From a virus, in IMG/VR virus record IMGVR_UViG_2854655614_000005: a stretch of DNA of 64,000 bases; one strand, 5' to 3'. Below are positions 1 to 10,700 of the stretch, in pieces (position 1 is the stretch's first letter; each line of letters starts with the position of its first letter). The notes below the pieces were generated by a model. That model was not told where the DNA came from. It worked only from the letters and a program-made list of their open reading frames with translations, and searched no databases. Made by a program: the position numbers and the translations under genes.

Positions 1-1605
1 AAGACGCTGCTCGATGACCGCAAGTGGCGTCTCAACAACCTCTACTGGATCATTGACAAGGAGGGGCTGCTCCAGCGTTTCTGCATGAATTGGGCGCAGG
101 AAGAACTCTACGACAAGCTCCACTACCGCAACGACATCCTGAAAGTGCGCCAGCTTGGCATCTCCACCTTTGCCGCCATCCTGGAGCTGGACGCCGCCCT
201 CTTCACCCCCAACATCACCTGCGGCGTCATCGACCGCACCCGCCCGGAGGCGGAAAAGAAGATGGACAAGATGCACTTCGCCTTCGACCACCTGGACTAC
301 CTTCCGGAAAACCCCACGGAACGGGACCGCCTCATCGCCTTCATCGGCTCCCTGATCAAGGACGAGATGAAAGGGGCGGCCTTCACCCAGTCCGATGTCA
401 AATTCCCGAACGGCTCCACTGTCTATGCCGCCACCTCCCTGCGTGGCGGCACCCTTCAAATTCTCCATATCTCGGAACTGGGAGCCATTGCCGCCCACGA
501 TCCCAAAAAGGCCTCGGAAATCATGACCGGCGGCTTCAACACCATCTCCAAAACCGGCATCATCATCAAGGAATCCACCCACGAAGGCGGACAGTACGGC
601 CTCAACTACTCTCTCACGGTGGCCGCCATGGACATGGTGGGCAAGCCCCTCTCCCCTCTGGACTTCCGATTCTTCTTCTTTTCCTGGATTCGTCAGCATG
701 AATACCGGCTGGAAGGCTGCAAGCCCTCCGGCGACCGGGAAATGCAGAAATACTTCAAGTCCCTGGAAAAGGATTACAACATCATTCTCGATGATGAACA
801 GAAAGCCTGGTATGAATCCATGGCCCGCACCCAGGGCTGGCTCATGCGCCAGGAATACCCCACGGTTCCGGATGAAGCGCTCAACCCCATCGCGGCAGGC
901 ACCATTTTCGGAAGTCAAATCAACCGCCTCCGGGAACTGGGCCGCCTCACGGCGGAGTTTGAGGTGGACGCCTTCTTGCCAGTTTATGCCGCGTGGGACA
1001 TCGGGGTGGCGGACTTCATGTCCATCTGGATCATCCAGCCCGGATCGGACGGCAAATTCTACTTCCTGGACAACATCACCGCCAACGGCCTGACACTGGA
1101 CTGGTACATCGCTGAAATCCACAAACGCGAAGCCCGGGACGGCTACCACATCCGTGACTGCCTCCTTCCCCACGACTGTGAAAACCGCGTTCCTGGCGGC
1201 ACCTCCTTCCTAGCCTCCCTGGAGCGCGCCGGGTTTTCCTGCTTCCGCATCCCTTGCACCCGGGACCGCTGGGCCTCCATTGACGCCGCCCGCCGCCTCC
1301 TGCGCCACGCCGTCATCCACGCCAGATGCTCCGAGAAAACGAATGTCGAGGGCATCAAGGAAGGCTACCTCTCCGGCGTCAGCGCCCTCTCCAATTACAA
1401 AACCGCCCCTCCCGGAGCCAACGGCACCCGGAAAACGGAACCCCTCCATGATGTCTGCTCCCACGCCGCCGATGCTTTGCGCACCTTCAGCGAAGCGCAC
1501 GAAGCCGGTTATATCTCAAAACAACTCGGCTGGCGGCAGGATGAAGTGGAGGGACATCCCTCTCCTTACAAGGGCCTTGCCAAGGGCGCGGACATCCTGT
1601 GGTAG
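1..1605 (+). CDS. terL: Phage terminase large subunit (5' end outside window)
   Basis: Frame is open from base 1 (KTLLDDRKWRLNNLYWI), upstream of the listed ATG at 85; Walker A-like ILKVRQLGIST, Walker B-like ILHISE, nuclease motifs AWDIG, LPHD and PLHDVCSHAADALR. Confidence 0.92.
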   Translation, partial: KTLLDDRKWRLNNLYWIIDKEGLLQRFCMNWAQEELYDKLHYRNDILKVRQLGISTFAAILELDAALFTPNITCGVIDRTRPEAEKKMDKMHFAFDHLDYLPENPTERDRLIAFIGSLIKDEMKGAAFTQSDVKFPNGSTVYAATSLRGGTLQILHISELGAIAAHDPKKASEIMTGGFNTISKTGIIIKESTHEGGQYGLNYSLTVAAMDMVGKPLSPLDFRFFFFSWIRQHEYRLEGCKPSGDREMQKYFKSLEKDYNIILDDEQKAWYESMARTQGWLMRQEYPTVPDEALNPIAAGTIFGSQINRLRELGRLTAEFEVDAFLPVYAAWDIGVADFMSIWIIQPGSDGKFYFLDNITANGLTLDWYIAEIHKREARDGYHIRDCLLPHDCENRVPGGTSFLASLERAGFSCFRIPCTRDRWASIDAARRLLRHAVIHARCSEKTNVEGIKEGYLSGVSALSNYKTAPPGANGTRKTEPLHDVCSHAADALRTFSEAHEAGYISKQLGWRQDEVEGHPSPYKGLAKGADILW

Positions 1606-1681
1606 AGCGAACAATGACATCTCGGACAACGGGACCGGCTGGTTTTTTTTGCGCCTGGAAGGGAAAAAATGTAGAGGATTC

Positions 1682-1710
1682 TTGGCGGCGCGTGGAGGAT
1701 GTGGTAAGGT
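1682..1710 (+). promoter_or_regulatory. Putative sigma70-type promoter for the glycosyltransferase genes
   Basis: TTGGCG-N17-TAAGGT with a TGn extension, 16 nt before the ATG at 1727. Confidence 0.5.
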
Positions 1711-1726
1711 GAGAGCCTAATCAACC

Positions 1727-2773
1727 ATGAGCAGGGCGTTAAAAAGGATTTTCGTGCATGGGTTCCCGTCGCTTTACGGCGGGGCGGGGACGGAGCTGCA
1801 CCACCAGATGATCGTGTGGCGGAAGATGGGAATGGATGTCCACCTCATCCCGACCGGGGACGGTTTCTACCCGGAAAGTCTCTATGTGGAACTGCTGCGG
1901 CTGGGGGTGGTCATCCACGCGGCGGACGACTGGACGGCTCTGGAGCCGGGCGACCCGGTGATGGGGTTCTGCAACAGCGAGTTTCTGGACGCCATCCCGG
2001 AGATCCGGAAACATACGAAGCGCACCGTCTTTGTGAACTGCATGACATGGCTCTTCGACAAGGAGAAGGAATTGATGAAGGAAGGGCTGATTGCCATGTT
2101 CCTCTACCAGAACGAGGAGGTGAGGCAGAAGAACATGCCCCTCCTGCAAGGGCTGAACGCGGACCCGTCCGTCCGGTTCATGACGTTTAAGCCGTACTTC
2201 CACAGCGACGCCTTCCCCTTTATTACGGAGAGGACGGACGAGTATTTCGGGTGCGGGAGGATTTCCCGCCAGGACGCGGACAAATTCGCCCGGAACACGC
2301 TGCAAATCTATGAATACTTCGTCTCCCCGGTGCCCAAGCGCGGCCTCTTCCTGGGATTCGACCACCGGAGCGAGGAGAAGATCGGCAAGCCCTACGACTG
2401 GATCAGGACGGCGCGGGACCAGACGGAAGTCTCCCAGCAGGAGTTTTACAAGCACTGCAAGATTGTGCTGCAACCCACGGACACGACGGAGAACTGGCCA
2501 CGCGTGGGCTTCGAGGCGATGGCCTCCGGCAGCGTGCTGATTGTCGATAACCGGGGCGGGTGGCGGCAGATGGTGGAACACGGCAGGACCGGCTGGCTCT
2601 GCGACCATGAGAGGGACTTCATCTACTACGCCTCCCGGATGGCATACGAGCCGCACTGGCGCGACGACATGGCGGAGGCGGCGCGGGAGCGCGGCCTGGA
2701 ACTCGGCGGGCTGGAAGCGTCGTCCGCCAGTTGGGAGGAAGTGTTCGACGCGATGGCGAAGTTGCCCGAATAG
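1727..2773 (+). CDS. GT-B fold glycosyltransferase (GT4-like)
   Basis: N-terminal YGGAGTE; C-terminal E-x7-E signature ENWPRVGFEAMASG followed by VEHGRTGWL. Confidence 0.85.
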   Translation: MSRALKRIFVHGFPSLYGGAGTELHHQMIVWRKMGMDVHLIPTGDGFYPESLYVELLRLGVVIHAADDWTALEPGDPVMGFCNSEFLDAIPEIRKHTKRTVFVNCMTWLFDKEKELMKEGLIAMFLYQNEEVRQKNMPLLQGLNADPSVRFMTFKPYFHSDAFPFITERTDEYFGCGRISRQDADKFARNTLQIYEYFVSPVPKRGLFLGFDHRSEEKIGKPYDWIRTARDQTEVSQQEFYKHCKIVLQPTDTTENWPRVGFEAMASGSVLIVDNRGGWRQMVEHGRTGWLCDHERDFIYYASRMAYEPHWRDDMAEAARERGLELGGLEASSASWEEVFDAMAKLPE

Positions 2774-2840
2774 GGACAGGAGGGCAGCGAGTCCCTACAT
2801 CCGAAACCTTGGGTTCCCCTCAATCACACGAAACGAGCTT

Positions 2841-3752
2841 ATGAACGAGAAGAAGAAAGTTTCCATCCTGGTGGGCATCTGTTCCGGCCAGGGGCTGGAG
2901 GAACGGCGCAACGCCGTGCGGGACTCCTGGCTCCGGCACCCGCAGGAGGGCGTGGAGTGCCGGTTCTTCATCGGCGGCGAAGCGGCGGAAGAGGAACGGG
3001 GCGATACCGTAGGGCTGGACGCCCCGGACACATACAACGGGCTTCCGGCCAAGGTGCTGGCCTTCTTCCGCTACGGACTTGAGCACTACGACTTCGACTG
3101 GATTTTCAAGTGCGACGACGACACGTACCTGGACCTGTCCCGGCTGCCTGAACTGGCGGACTCCCGGTACGGCCTGATCGGGGATGCCCTGCTGGGCGAG
3201 CGGAAAGCCCCCAGCGGCGGGGCGGGCTACTTCCTCTCCCGCGCGGTGGTGGAGGAAATTGCCGCCAGGCCGGACGTGCCGCTCACGGGGGCGGAAGACC
3301 TCATCTTCGGGAAGCTGGCCCTTGAAACCGGGGCGGAGTACCTGGTGACGCCGAGGCTCTTCCTCTCCAACGTGCGTTACCCGCTGCCGGACAACGACAC
3401 GGTGACGGCGCACTGGTGCATCCCCTCCGTGCTGCGCGCCATGGACGTGCTGCGTCACGGTACGCCCGCCGCCGTGTACCGGGGCATCCACCCCCACTGG
3501 GACGACTCCTTCCTCTTTTACCGGGAGGGGGTGTTCCGGAGGGCATCCTCCCCGGACTTCGGATGGTGGAAACTCGGCGGGGAGACCCGGGACACGCTGA
3601 CATTGGCCTGGAAGCGGTGGGACCCGATGGAACTGGAATGGAAGGGGGAAAATTTCCAAGGCCCCTCCGTGACCCTGGCGAGGCTGGATGGTTCCCGCTC
3701 GCTCTGGGAACTGCCGCCTCCGGACGAAGGAGCGCTGGAATCATTCTGCTAA
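2841..3752 (+). CDS. GT31-like (galactosyltransferase/Fringe-type) glycosyltransferase with C-terminal extension
   Basis: RRNAVRDSW, DTYNGLPAKV, FKCDDDTY (DxD), SGGAGYFLSRAVV, EDLIFG; start taken at the ATG at 2841. Confidence 0.82.
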   Translation: MNEKKKVSILVGICSGQGLEERRNAVRDSWLRHPQEGVECRFFIGGEAAEEERGDTVGLDAPDTYNGLPAKVLAFFRYGLEHYDFDWIFKCDDDTYLDLSRLPELADSRYGLIGDALLGERKAPSGGAGYFLSRAVVEEIAARPDVPLTGAEDLIFGKLALETGAEYLVTPRLFLSNVRYPLPDNDTVTAHWCIPSVLRAMDVLRHGTPAAVYRGIHPHWDDSFLFYREGVFRRASSPDFGWWKLGGETRDTLTLAWKRWDPMELEWKGENFQGPSVTLARLDGSRSLWELPPPDEGALESFC

Positions 3753-3870
3753 GAGTAGTGAAGCCTCTTCATGTATGATCAGAATATTTTTAGAAGGCTA
3801 AAGCCGTCAGAAACATAGGACGATTGGGAGAAACTATTACTCCGACAGTAGAATGGCTACCGAAAAATAA

Positions 3871-5310
3871 TTATGGCAGTGAAGCGATTTCTTCGATCTT
3901 AATACTATCGGAAATAATTCTTGCCCTATCATGACAGCTACTATACCCATATCTATCTGGAACTTTTTCTTTACCCACTAATTCTTTTAGTTGATCAATG
4001 CTTGAGACCCCAAAAAGGGGAAGGATTTCCTGACAGTATTTTTTGGATTTAAGCTTTCTCCACTTTTCTTTTTGCTCCCAACCGTATCCATCATAACAAT
4101 AAGTTCGAGGAAACCACAGACGAAATCCATTATCTAGAAAAAGATTGGATAACTGGAATAGCAATACATCCGCAAAGATCAAATTTTTACGTGTCAGGAC
4201 TGGCTTGCTTTCTCTTGAGAGTAAAATATCTGCCATATTCGAGAGGTTACGAGGCCGTTGATCTATTTCCTGGGGATAAATTTCTTCGATACTTTTGAGA
4301 TAAGGTTCAAAATCAAGGAAACGAGATTCCTCTTCGGAATTTCCATTATATTTCAAGAAAAACGTATGATTAATTAGTTGATATACAACTTTAAATTCTT
4401 CATAGTACAAAAGAGTCGCTATTGTACATATAAAAAGTTCCCATATAAAAAATAAATAATGATCTCCTCCATATTGGTAAGATGAAGGTTTTTCATGGAT
4501 TCTATTATAGCAAGTTTCCATAAAGTCCGTTATGAGATCTTCCAAGGAAACCTCCAGAGAAATGATTGTGGAGAGGTATTCCATATACATATCCCGGAGG
4601 GGTTTTAGTTCGCTTATTTTATCGACGACCTGCGTACCGGTTATATTTCCGGCTATCTCATATTGGGAAAATTTTTCGATGAATTCATCCCGAAACTGCC
4701 GCAGCAGCATATCCTGCTTTTTTTTGCTTCTGCCGTCATCCGACTTGAGCTGCCTGATCATTCTTTCCAGTGAATATAAATTCACATTTTTTTCATCAAG
4801 CCACTCCGGCTTGCGGCCAAGAGCCGGTTTTTGATAAGCCGGGCAGTCGTACAAATTCCGCAAAAGTTTTTCATATTCCCGCTCGTATATATCAGGATCG
4901 GAAAGGTCTATGTAGATTCGAGTTTTTATATAGGCCGGGCAATAAGCTTCTCCCTTATCATCTTTTTCAAAGATCACAGGAATGAATTTTTCCTGTGCTG
5001 CCTTTCCGTAAACCTCGGAAGATATAATAGTTGTTTCATCCCCCACACCGCCTTTTCTCTCATTTGCTTTCGTCGCATAGACTTTATCGCATATCAACAA
5101 CACCCGCTTGATACCGGTATCGACGACGCACTTTTCCATGAAAGCATACTTATCCTGTCCTTCCTTTAAATCCCACTTATCCCAGATCACTGAAATGCCA
5201 TCTGACATCAACCGTTCCGCCAACTCGAAAACTTTTTTCTCATGCTCTTCCGTTGACCATGCGTATGAAATAAATACTGTAAGTGATGTAGTAGCATCGG
5301 TACTGACCAT
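3871..5310 (-). CDS. SEFIR/TIR-domain protein, probable anti-phage defence
   Basis: VFISYAWSTEEH...WDKWDLKEGQDKYAFMEK...GGVGDETTII...FIPVIFE; AT-rich relative to its neighbours. Confidence 0.85.
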   Translation of the reverse strand: MVSTDATTSLTVFISYAWSTEEHEKKVFELAERLMSDGISVIWDKWDLKEGQDKYAFMEKCVVDTGIKRVLLICDKVYATKANERKGGVGDETTIISSEVYGKAAQEKFIPVIFEKDDKGEAYCPAYIKTRIYIDLSDPDIYEREYEKLLRNLYDCPAYQKPALGRKPEWLDEKNVNLYSLERMIRQLKSDDGRSKKKQDMLLRQFRDEFIEKFSQYEIAGNITGTQVVDKISELKPLRDMYMEYLSTIISLEVSLEDLITDFMETCYNRIHEKPSSYQYGGDHYLFFIWELFICTIATLLYYEEFKVVYQLINHTFFLKYNGNSEEESRFLDFEPYLKSIEEIYPQEIDQRPRNLSNMADILLSRESKPVLTRKNLIFADVLLFQLSNLFLDNGFRLWFPRTYCYDGYGWEQKEKWRKLKSKKYCQEILPLFGVSSIDQLKELVGKEKVPDRYGYSSCHDRARIISDSIKIEEIASLP

Positions 5311-5502
5311 GCTTTGATTATGGTATTTTAAGGTAATTGCTCAAGCCATTTAACGAGTATCAAGGGAAGTTTCTTTTTCTTCATCAACTCTCTTAGGAGA
5401 GAGCCGGTATAGCAGTTGTTATGGTTTTTGTTCTATTTGGAGTCAGGAAAGAAGGCAATTCCGGACGTGACAGCACTTCCAAAAAAAAGATAAAAAGGCG
5501 GG

Positions 5503-6321
5503 ATGGAAAAGAGTTCTGACGGTACGGAGCCCAAGGAGATCAAGGCCTATATCTACATGACGTATGAGAACATGCTCAAGGTATTGGCCGGAGGGGCCCT
5601 GAAGGTGCGCACCATCGACGAGTGCAACGATCCCTATGAGTTCATGCCCGCCGGACCGGAAGGTGAAAAATGGTCGAAAGAGTATGAGATGGCGTTTATC
5701 TGCTTTTCCTCCCTTTACAATTCCGGAGCGATGTGGGGGCATTACGGAGACAAGCACAAGGGAGTATGCCTGGAGTTTACCTTCCCCCTGCGCCAGCTAG
5801 ATCCTGACCCGCTAGACGTTGAAGGCGAGCCCCCCTATTATATTCTGGATATTGAACTGAAAGAAGACTCGCTTATTCCGTTTAGCTGGAGAAAGCGAGA
5901 TAAAACCCATCTCAATTATTGTGTGCTGTTTAATATGAAATATAAGAAAGAGCGCCAAAAATTTGATTATGGCATGACCGGAACCAGCATGATGGGTGAC
6001 CGCCTGATTTGTAATATAGATGAATGTCTCATAACAAAAGATAAGTCTTGGCACTATGAGGAAGAACTGCGGATACTCGTCCCCTTGCCGGAGAAGGATG
6101 TTAGGAAGGAGGAGGACTATTTCGTAGATTGCTTCCACAAGTATTTGACGGGGATTATCCTGGGAATCAAATGCCGGAAGGACGCGGAAAGCGTTAAGAA
6201 GATTGTCGAACTTTTCCGGAAGGACGGGGACGGTTCTATCCAGGTGTACCAGGCCCAGTATTCCGAAAAGACATTTGACGTTCTCGTTCCCGGGATCGAC
6301 AAGGCCCCGGGAACCCCCTAG
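5503..6321 (+). CDS. DUF2971-family protein
   Basis: NDPYE, ICFS, MWGHYGDKHKGVCLEF, TKDKSWHYEEELR. Confidence 0.85.
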   Translation: MEKSSDGTEPKEIKAYIYMTYENMLKVLAGGALKVRTIDECNDPYEFMPAGPEGEKWSKEYEMAFICFSSLYNSGAMWGHYGDKHKGVCLEFTFPLRQLDPDPLDVEGEPPYYILDIELKEDSLIPFSWRKRDKTHLNYCVLFNMKYKKERQKFDYGMTGTSMMGDRLICNIDECLITKDKSWHYEEELRILVPLPEKDVRKEEDYFVDCFHKYLTGIILGIKCRKDAESVKKIVELFRKDGDGSIQVYQAQYSEKTFDVLVPGIDKAPGTP

Positions 6322-6358
6322 AGCCGGGGATTGATACAACAGCAAAAGAGCGGATTCC

Positions 6359-7006
6359 ATGTACAAGATACTCGTCGTAAGTTTGCCCGGCTCCCCGAAG
6401 AGGGAGGCCATGAGCGCCCGGCTCCTGGAACAGGGGCTGGCCTGGGAGTGGGTGGACGGCGTGCGCCTGGAAGCCGTGGAAGAAGCCGCGCCGGAGGAGT
6501 ACAGCGACCTGGAGGCCTACCGCATTCCGCGTCTGAAGACTGACCCGGACTATATCCGCCGCGCGGTGGGCTGCAAGCGGGCCATGCGGAATGCGCTGGC
6601 GTGGGCCGCGTGCTGCGAGGAGGAATGGGTGGTCATCCTCCAGGACGACGCGCGGGTGATGCCGGAGTTTGACGTGAAGCTGCGGGATCTCCTCGGCAAG
6701 GCGCCAACCACCGCTGGAGCCGTGATGCTGCATTACGAGGGGAGCGCCGTCCTTGATTGCGGGGAATGGAAGGAAGTCACGGGAGACTTGCGCAGCATGG
6801 CCGCCTTTGCCGTGCGCCCGGCGTACGCGGAGGCGATGGAAGATTTCCTCTCCTCCTGGGGAGGCGAGGACGACCGCATCTGGGCTCCCCTTGTCCGGCG
6901 AGGCGACCTGATCCTGGCCGCCAAGCCGATGCTCGTCCGGGCCAACCACAAGGGAAGCGACATAACCAGCGGCATTCCGGAACTAGCCGGGTATTGGAAA
7001 GGATAG
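6359..7006 (+). CDS. GT25-like glycosyltransferase
   Basis: ILVVSLPGSPKRE, WVDGV, AVGC, VVILQDDA. Confidence 0.8.
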   Translation: MYKILVVSLPGSPKREAMSARLLEQGLAWEWVDGVRLEAVEEAAPEEYSDLEAYRIPRLKTDPDYIRRAVGCKRAMRNALAWAACCEEEWVVILQDDARVMPEFDVKLRDLLGKAPTTAGAVMLHYEGSAVLDCGEWKEVTGDLRSMAAFAVRPAYAEAMEDFLSSWGGEDDRIWAPLVRRGDLILAAKPMLVRANHKGSDITSGIPELAGYWKG

Positions 7007-7067
7007 AAAAGAACAGATTTTTTCTTTGCTGTTTTTAAACATCAATGTGCCATATCTGCGTCCCTGA

Positions 7068-7769
7068 TCAGGATTCCGGATCAGGAAGATAAAAATCTCT
7101 TATTCCTTCCGAAGTATAAATCGCGCCTTCCTTTCTCGCCTTGAGATATTGGTCATAGTCTCTCAGCTTGCGAATATGAACGATGATGCCCTTTCTGATA
7201 AACATGAGATACCCGCCGGGCGAATTTTTAAGCTGAATACTCAGGCCGTCATCTACTCCGGGAATCATACTATTTTCTCCTTGATAGGTATGATTTTTTA
7301 AGTCTTTTACGTAGAAATAATCATCTTTTTTTTCATCATATTCCAGTGGTAAGAGTTTTCTTCCAAGAAATTCCCGTCTTACCCGGTACCCTCCATCCTT
7401 CAATTTTTGAAAGACGGAATCCGTTTCTATTTTTTTATTTATTTCAAAAAACAGGGGATTTTTCCCATACTGAGCACGAATTTTTTGTATGTCTTCCAAC
7501 GTCATGCTTGTATAATAGGATCTCATATAACGAGTATCCAAATCGCTTTCTCCAAGATCAATGAATGGGTCTTCCTGAATGATAACATTATATCCCCTGA
7601 TGCGGTTACAGCCAGCTTCTTCATTCCTGTATGCATACGAGATTTGCCGGGAGGGCCATTCTTCTTCCGGTAAGGGATTCTTCATGGTAGCGGATTCTTC
7701 CTTGTCATGGCATGATTGCATACAAACCAGACATAGCGTCATCAATAGGGTGTTGGTATATTTTCTCAT
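7068..7769 (-). CDS. Lipoprotein, probable immunity protein of the Rhs toxin
   Basis: Signal peptide with lipobox-like CMQSC; starts 14 nt after the Rhs stop codon; same low GC as the Rhs 3' end. Confidence 0.65.
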   Translation of the reverse strand: MRKYTNTLLMTLCLVCMQSCHDKEESATMKNPLPEEEWPSRQISYAYRNEEAGCNRIRGYNVIIQEDPFIDLGESDLDTRYMRSYYTSMTLEDIQKIRAQYGKNPLFFEINKKIETDSVFQKLKDGGYRVRREFLGRKLLPLEYDEKKDDYFYVKDLKNHTYQGENSMIPGVDDGLSIQLKNSPGGYLMFIRKGIIVHIRKLRDYDQYLKARKEGAIYTSEGIRDFYLPDPES

Positions 7770-7783
7770 GTTTTTTGTTGTTT

Positions 7784-10700
7784 CTATTCTTCCTTCTTAC
7801 ATGGACAGCACATGTGGATGATTTTTGGAACAGGTTTCTTATGATCTGGCAGCGGTGGTATATGATCGAAATATTCCTGCATTGCAGCAACAGGGTCTGT
7901 GATACCAGATACTTTGGTACCGCCAGAGCCTAACTGGCTTTTATAGGTGCCAGGATTATTCAAACAGTCTTCTCCTATTACATGGTAGCCAGGATATGGA
8001 TTCCCATCCTTATCTTTATCATCTAAGCCATTGATATCATATGCATACAGGACATGCCGTTCCTTGTCGGGATTTTCCTTTTTGCATTCCGATCCGTCCT
8101 TGACTTTGCGGCAACCCTCCCCGTTTTGCCCAAATTCTGGAGGAAGATCATCCCCATTGAAAGTTGGATTGAATTTTGATTTTCTATCCAAGGATTCGGA
8201 AGCACAGTTGCCTTGAGGATTTCTTGGACCAGGAATACCTGAATTTGGCATGCCGGGTATTCCTGGTTTTCTCGGTTCTGTCGGTTTTGGAGGAGACGGG
8301 TTATCAAAATCTGGCATATCGCTCAAAGGGGGAGGTTCACCAAGACGAGCTGGAGCCGCGACATTGCCGAGATAGTCAAAAAACACCGTTGGGGCATTGT
8401 GACAAAATACGTAATTGTCAGCGGAGGCTAAGTCCCTTGATAACCATCTGCCTTCCAGAGGATTGTAATAACGGTAATTGTAATATACGAGTCCTAGTTC
8501 TTCATCATACATTTCACTACTCCATTGAACCGGGCACGACACAGTTCCCTGTTCTGAGACGGAGCCAAACGGAGCATAGTCGTACATGCCCACCATTTCT
8601 CCGTTTGCATTCATAAGCTCTGTTACATTAGCGTTTTGATCCTGGATGCAAGCATAGACGGAACCGCCTTTTACCAAAGCAAGGGGACGGGAATTTTTTG
8701 ATTCCAAAGGTTCCCACAAAAGAGCGTAGAGGGGAGCCGCCCCATTTAACAGATTCAATGCAGCTATTTGGTTATATCCTCTATATAAATAACGCTCATG
8801 TTTGGTTATCGTTCCATTTTGAGTAACTTTTTTAACGAATCTGCGGCTATTTGCGTCGTAACCACATTCTATAATTGTGGAACCATTTGACGAATTGAAG
8901 CGAACAGGACGGTTCTGAGCATCGTAAACTACGTTCCAGATGCCAGTGGCGGTTTGAATTTTCGTCTGATTACCATCGGAATCATACTCTGGGACAAAAC
9001 CAGAAGGAGCAGTCCCAATCAACGTGTATTGATCCAAGGCGTTGCTCGTATACGGAGACGATACACCCTCTTCCAAAGCGATTTTTCTGTTGCCGAAGTT
9101 ATCATAGGCATATTGGAATAGGGATGTTCCCAATGTCGCTGACGACAGTTCACTTCGTTCATTGTAGGAGAAGGAACATGGATCAAAGGGGGCATCGCCC
9201 CGTTTTTGGCTCTGAGACGTTAGACGGTATACCTGGTCATAATCATATGTCCGTACTATCTTGGACAACGAACCTTTAACGACATCCATTTTGGAAAGCA
9301 AATTACGATTTGGGTCGTATGTCAGTGATTGTTCCCAACCCCCTGGCATCGTGATCTTCTGTACAAGATTTGTTCCAGCAAGGTACTGATAAGAAAAAGA
9401 ATTTAGCGTACCATTTACTTTGACACCTGCGTAATCCAGTCGTCCATCCCCCCGGTATGTTTGGAGAGCTGTTAAAATGTGAATTGCACTGTTTCCAGCG
9501 GTGAGATCATAACCAGACAACCTTCCCAAGGAATCGTACGTGTTGCAAAGAAGGTATGGGGTATTATTTACCAACGTACTTTCCGTTCCAATAAATCCAT
9601 AGGTGGTGTAATTTATTTCCCTGATTCCAGTTCCGTCCGTAATCCTTGTCAACCATCCCAAGTGATTGTAGGCGTATGAGACGTCCGGAGTCATGGAATC
9701 TGAACACGAGATTGAAACGATCCATCCCGTTTTCGGATCATAGGTTTGAACAATGCTCATACCTCTGGCGTTGGTTATACGCGCCAGGCGATTCATTTCG
9801 TCATATTCCATTTGAATACCGCTACCGTCAGGATAAGTCTTTTTTAGAGGAAGGTTTCCCTGACAAGAGTATTCCCACTCTGTTGTATCACCATCTAGTC
9901 TTCCAGTCGGATCGTTAGTGATTGTTCCAGATGGCACGCGGAAGGTTGTCATCGAAATTAAATTACTATCCATATCGTAGCCGTAGCAAACAGGGTGAGC
10001 TCCCGTTCCATAAATTGCAGTCATCCGGCCATGTTCATCATATTTGTAACATGTTGTTTTACCTAAGGCATCTGTCACAAGGGATATTTCCCCAGTATTA
10101 TCATCATAGGTGGTTGCCGTTGAATTCCCGGCTCCATCCGTCGTAAGTACAATGCGCTCTGCTGTATCGTATTTTACTGTCTTGGTGATGCCACGGGCAT
10201 CCGTTGCCGTTTCAATGCTTCCAGTAGAGGTGTAAGTCCGTGTATAAGCCATTTCCTCCCCATCAGGATTTTTCCGGTAAATTATAAAATTGTCAGTGAT
10301 ATGAGTTTCTGCCGTTATGTTGGAAGAGGGGAAGGTCTTCTGTTGTTTCCTTTTTGTCGGCCCATCATATTCTGTCCATTCAGTGGAAGAATTGCCGTAA
10401 ATGTTTGTATGTATAGTTTTATTCTCCAGTTGAGAATCCAGCTCCGATATGAGATCAGCCCTACTGAGAGTGATTGGCTGACCAGAGGCATTATAAGATG
10501 TTTTGGTTAAGAGGTGGTAAATTCCATCTTCACGGGATTCGTAAGTGCTGGAGTAATTTTCAATTTTAGAATTCAGAACAGTAGGAACATCTTCCAGAGG
10601 GATTGTCATACAAATGACATTACCAAAAGGACCATATTCGTATTGGGTAAGAACTCCTCTTTCCGTGGATTTTACAATTTGATTAGAAGAATTATATTCA

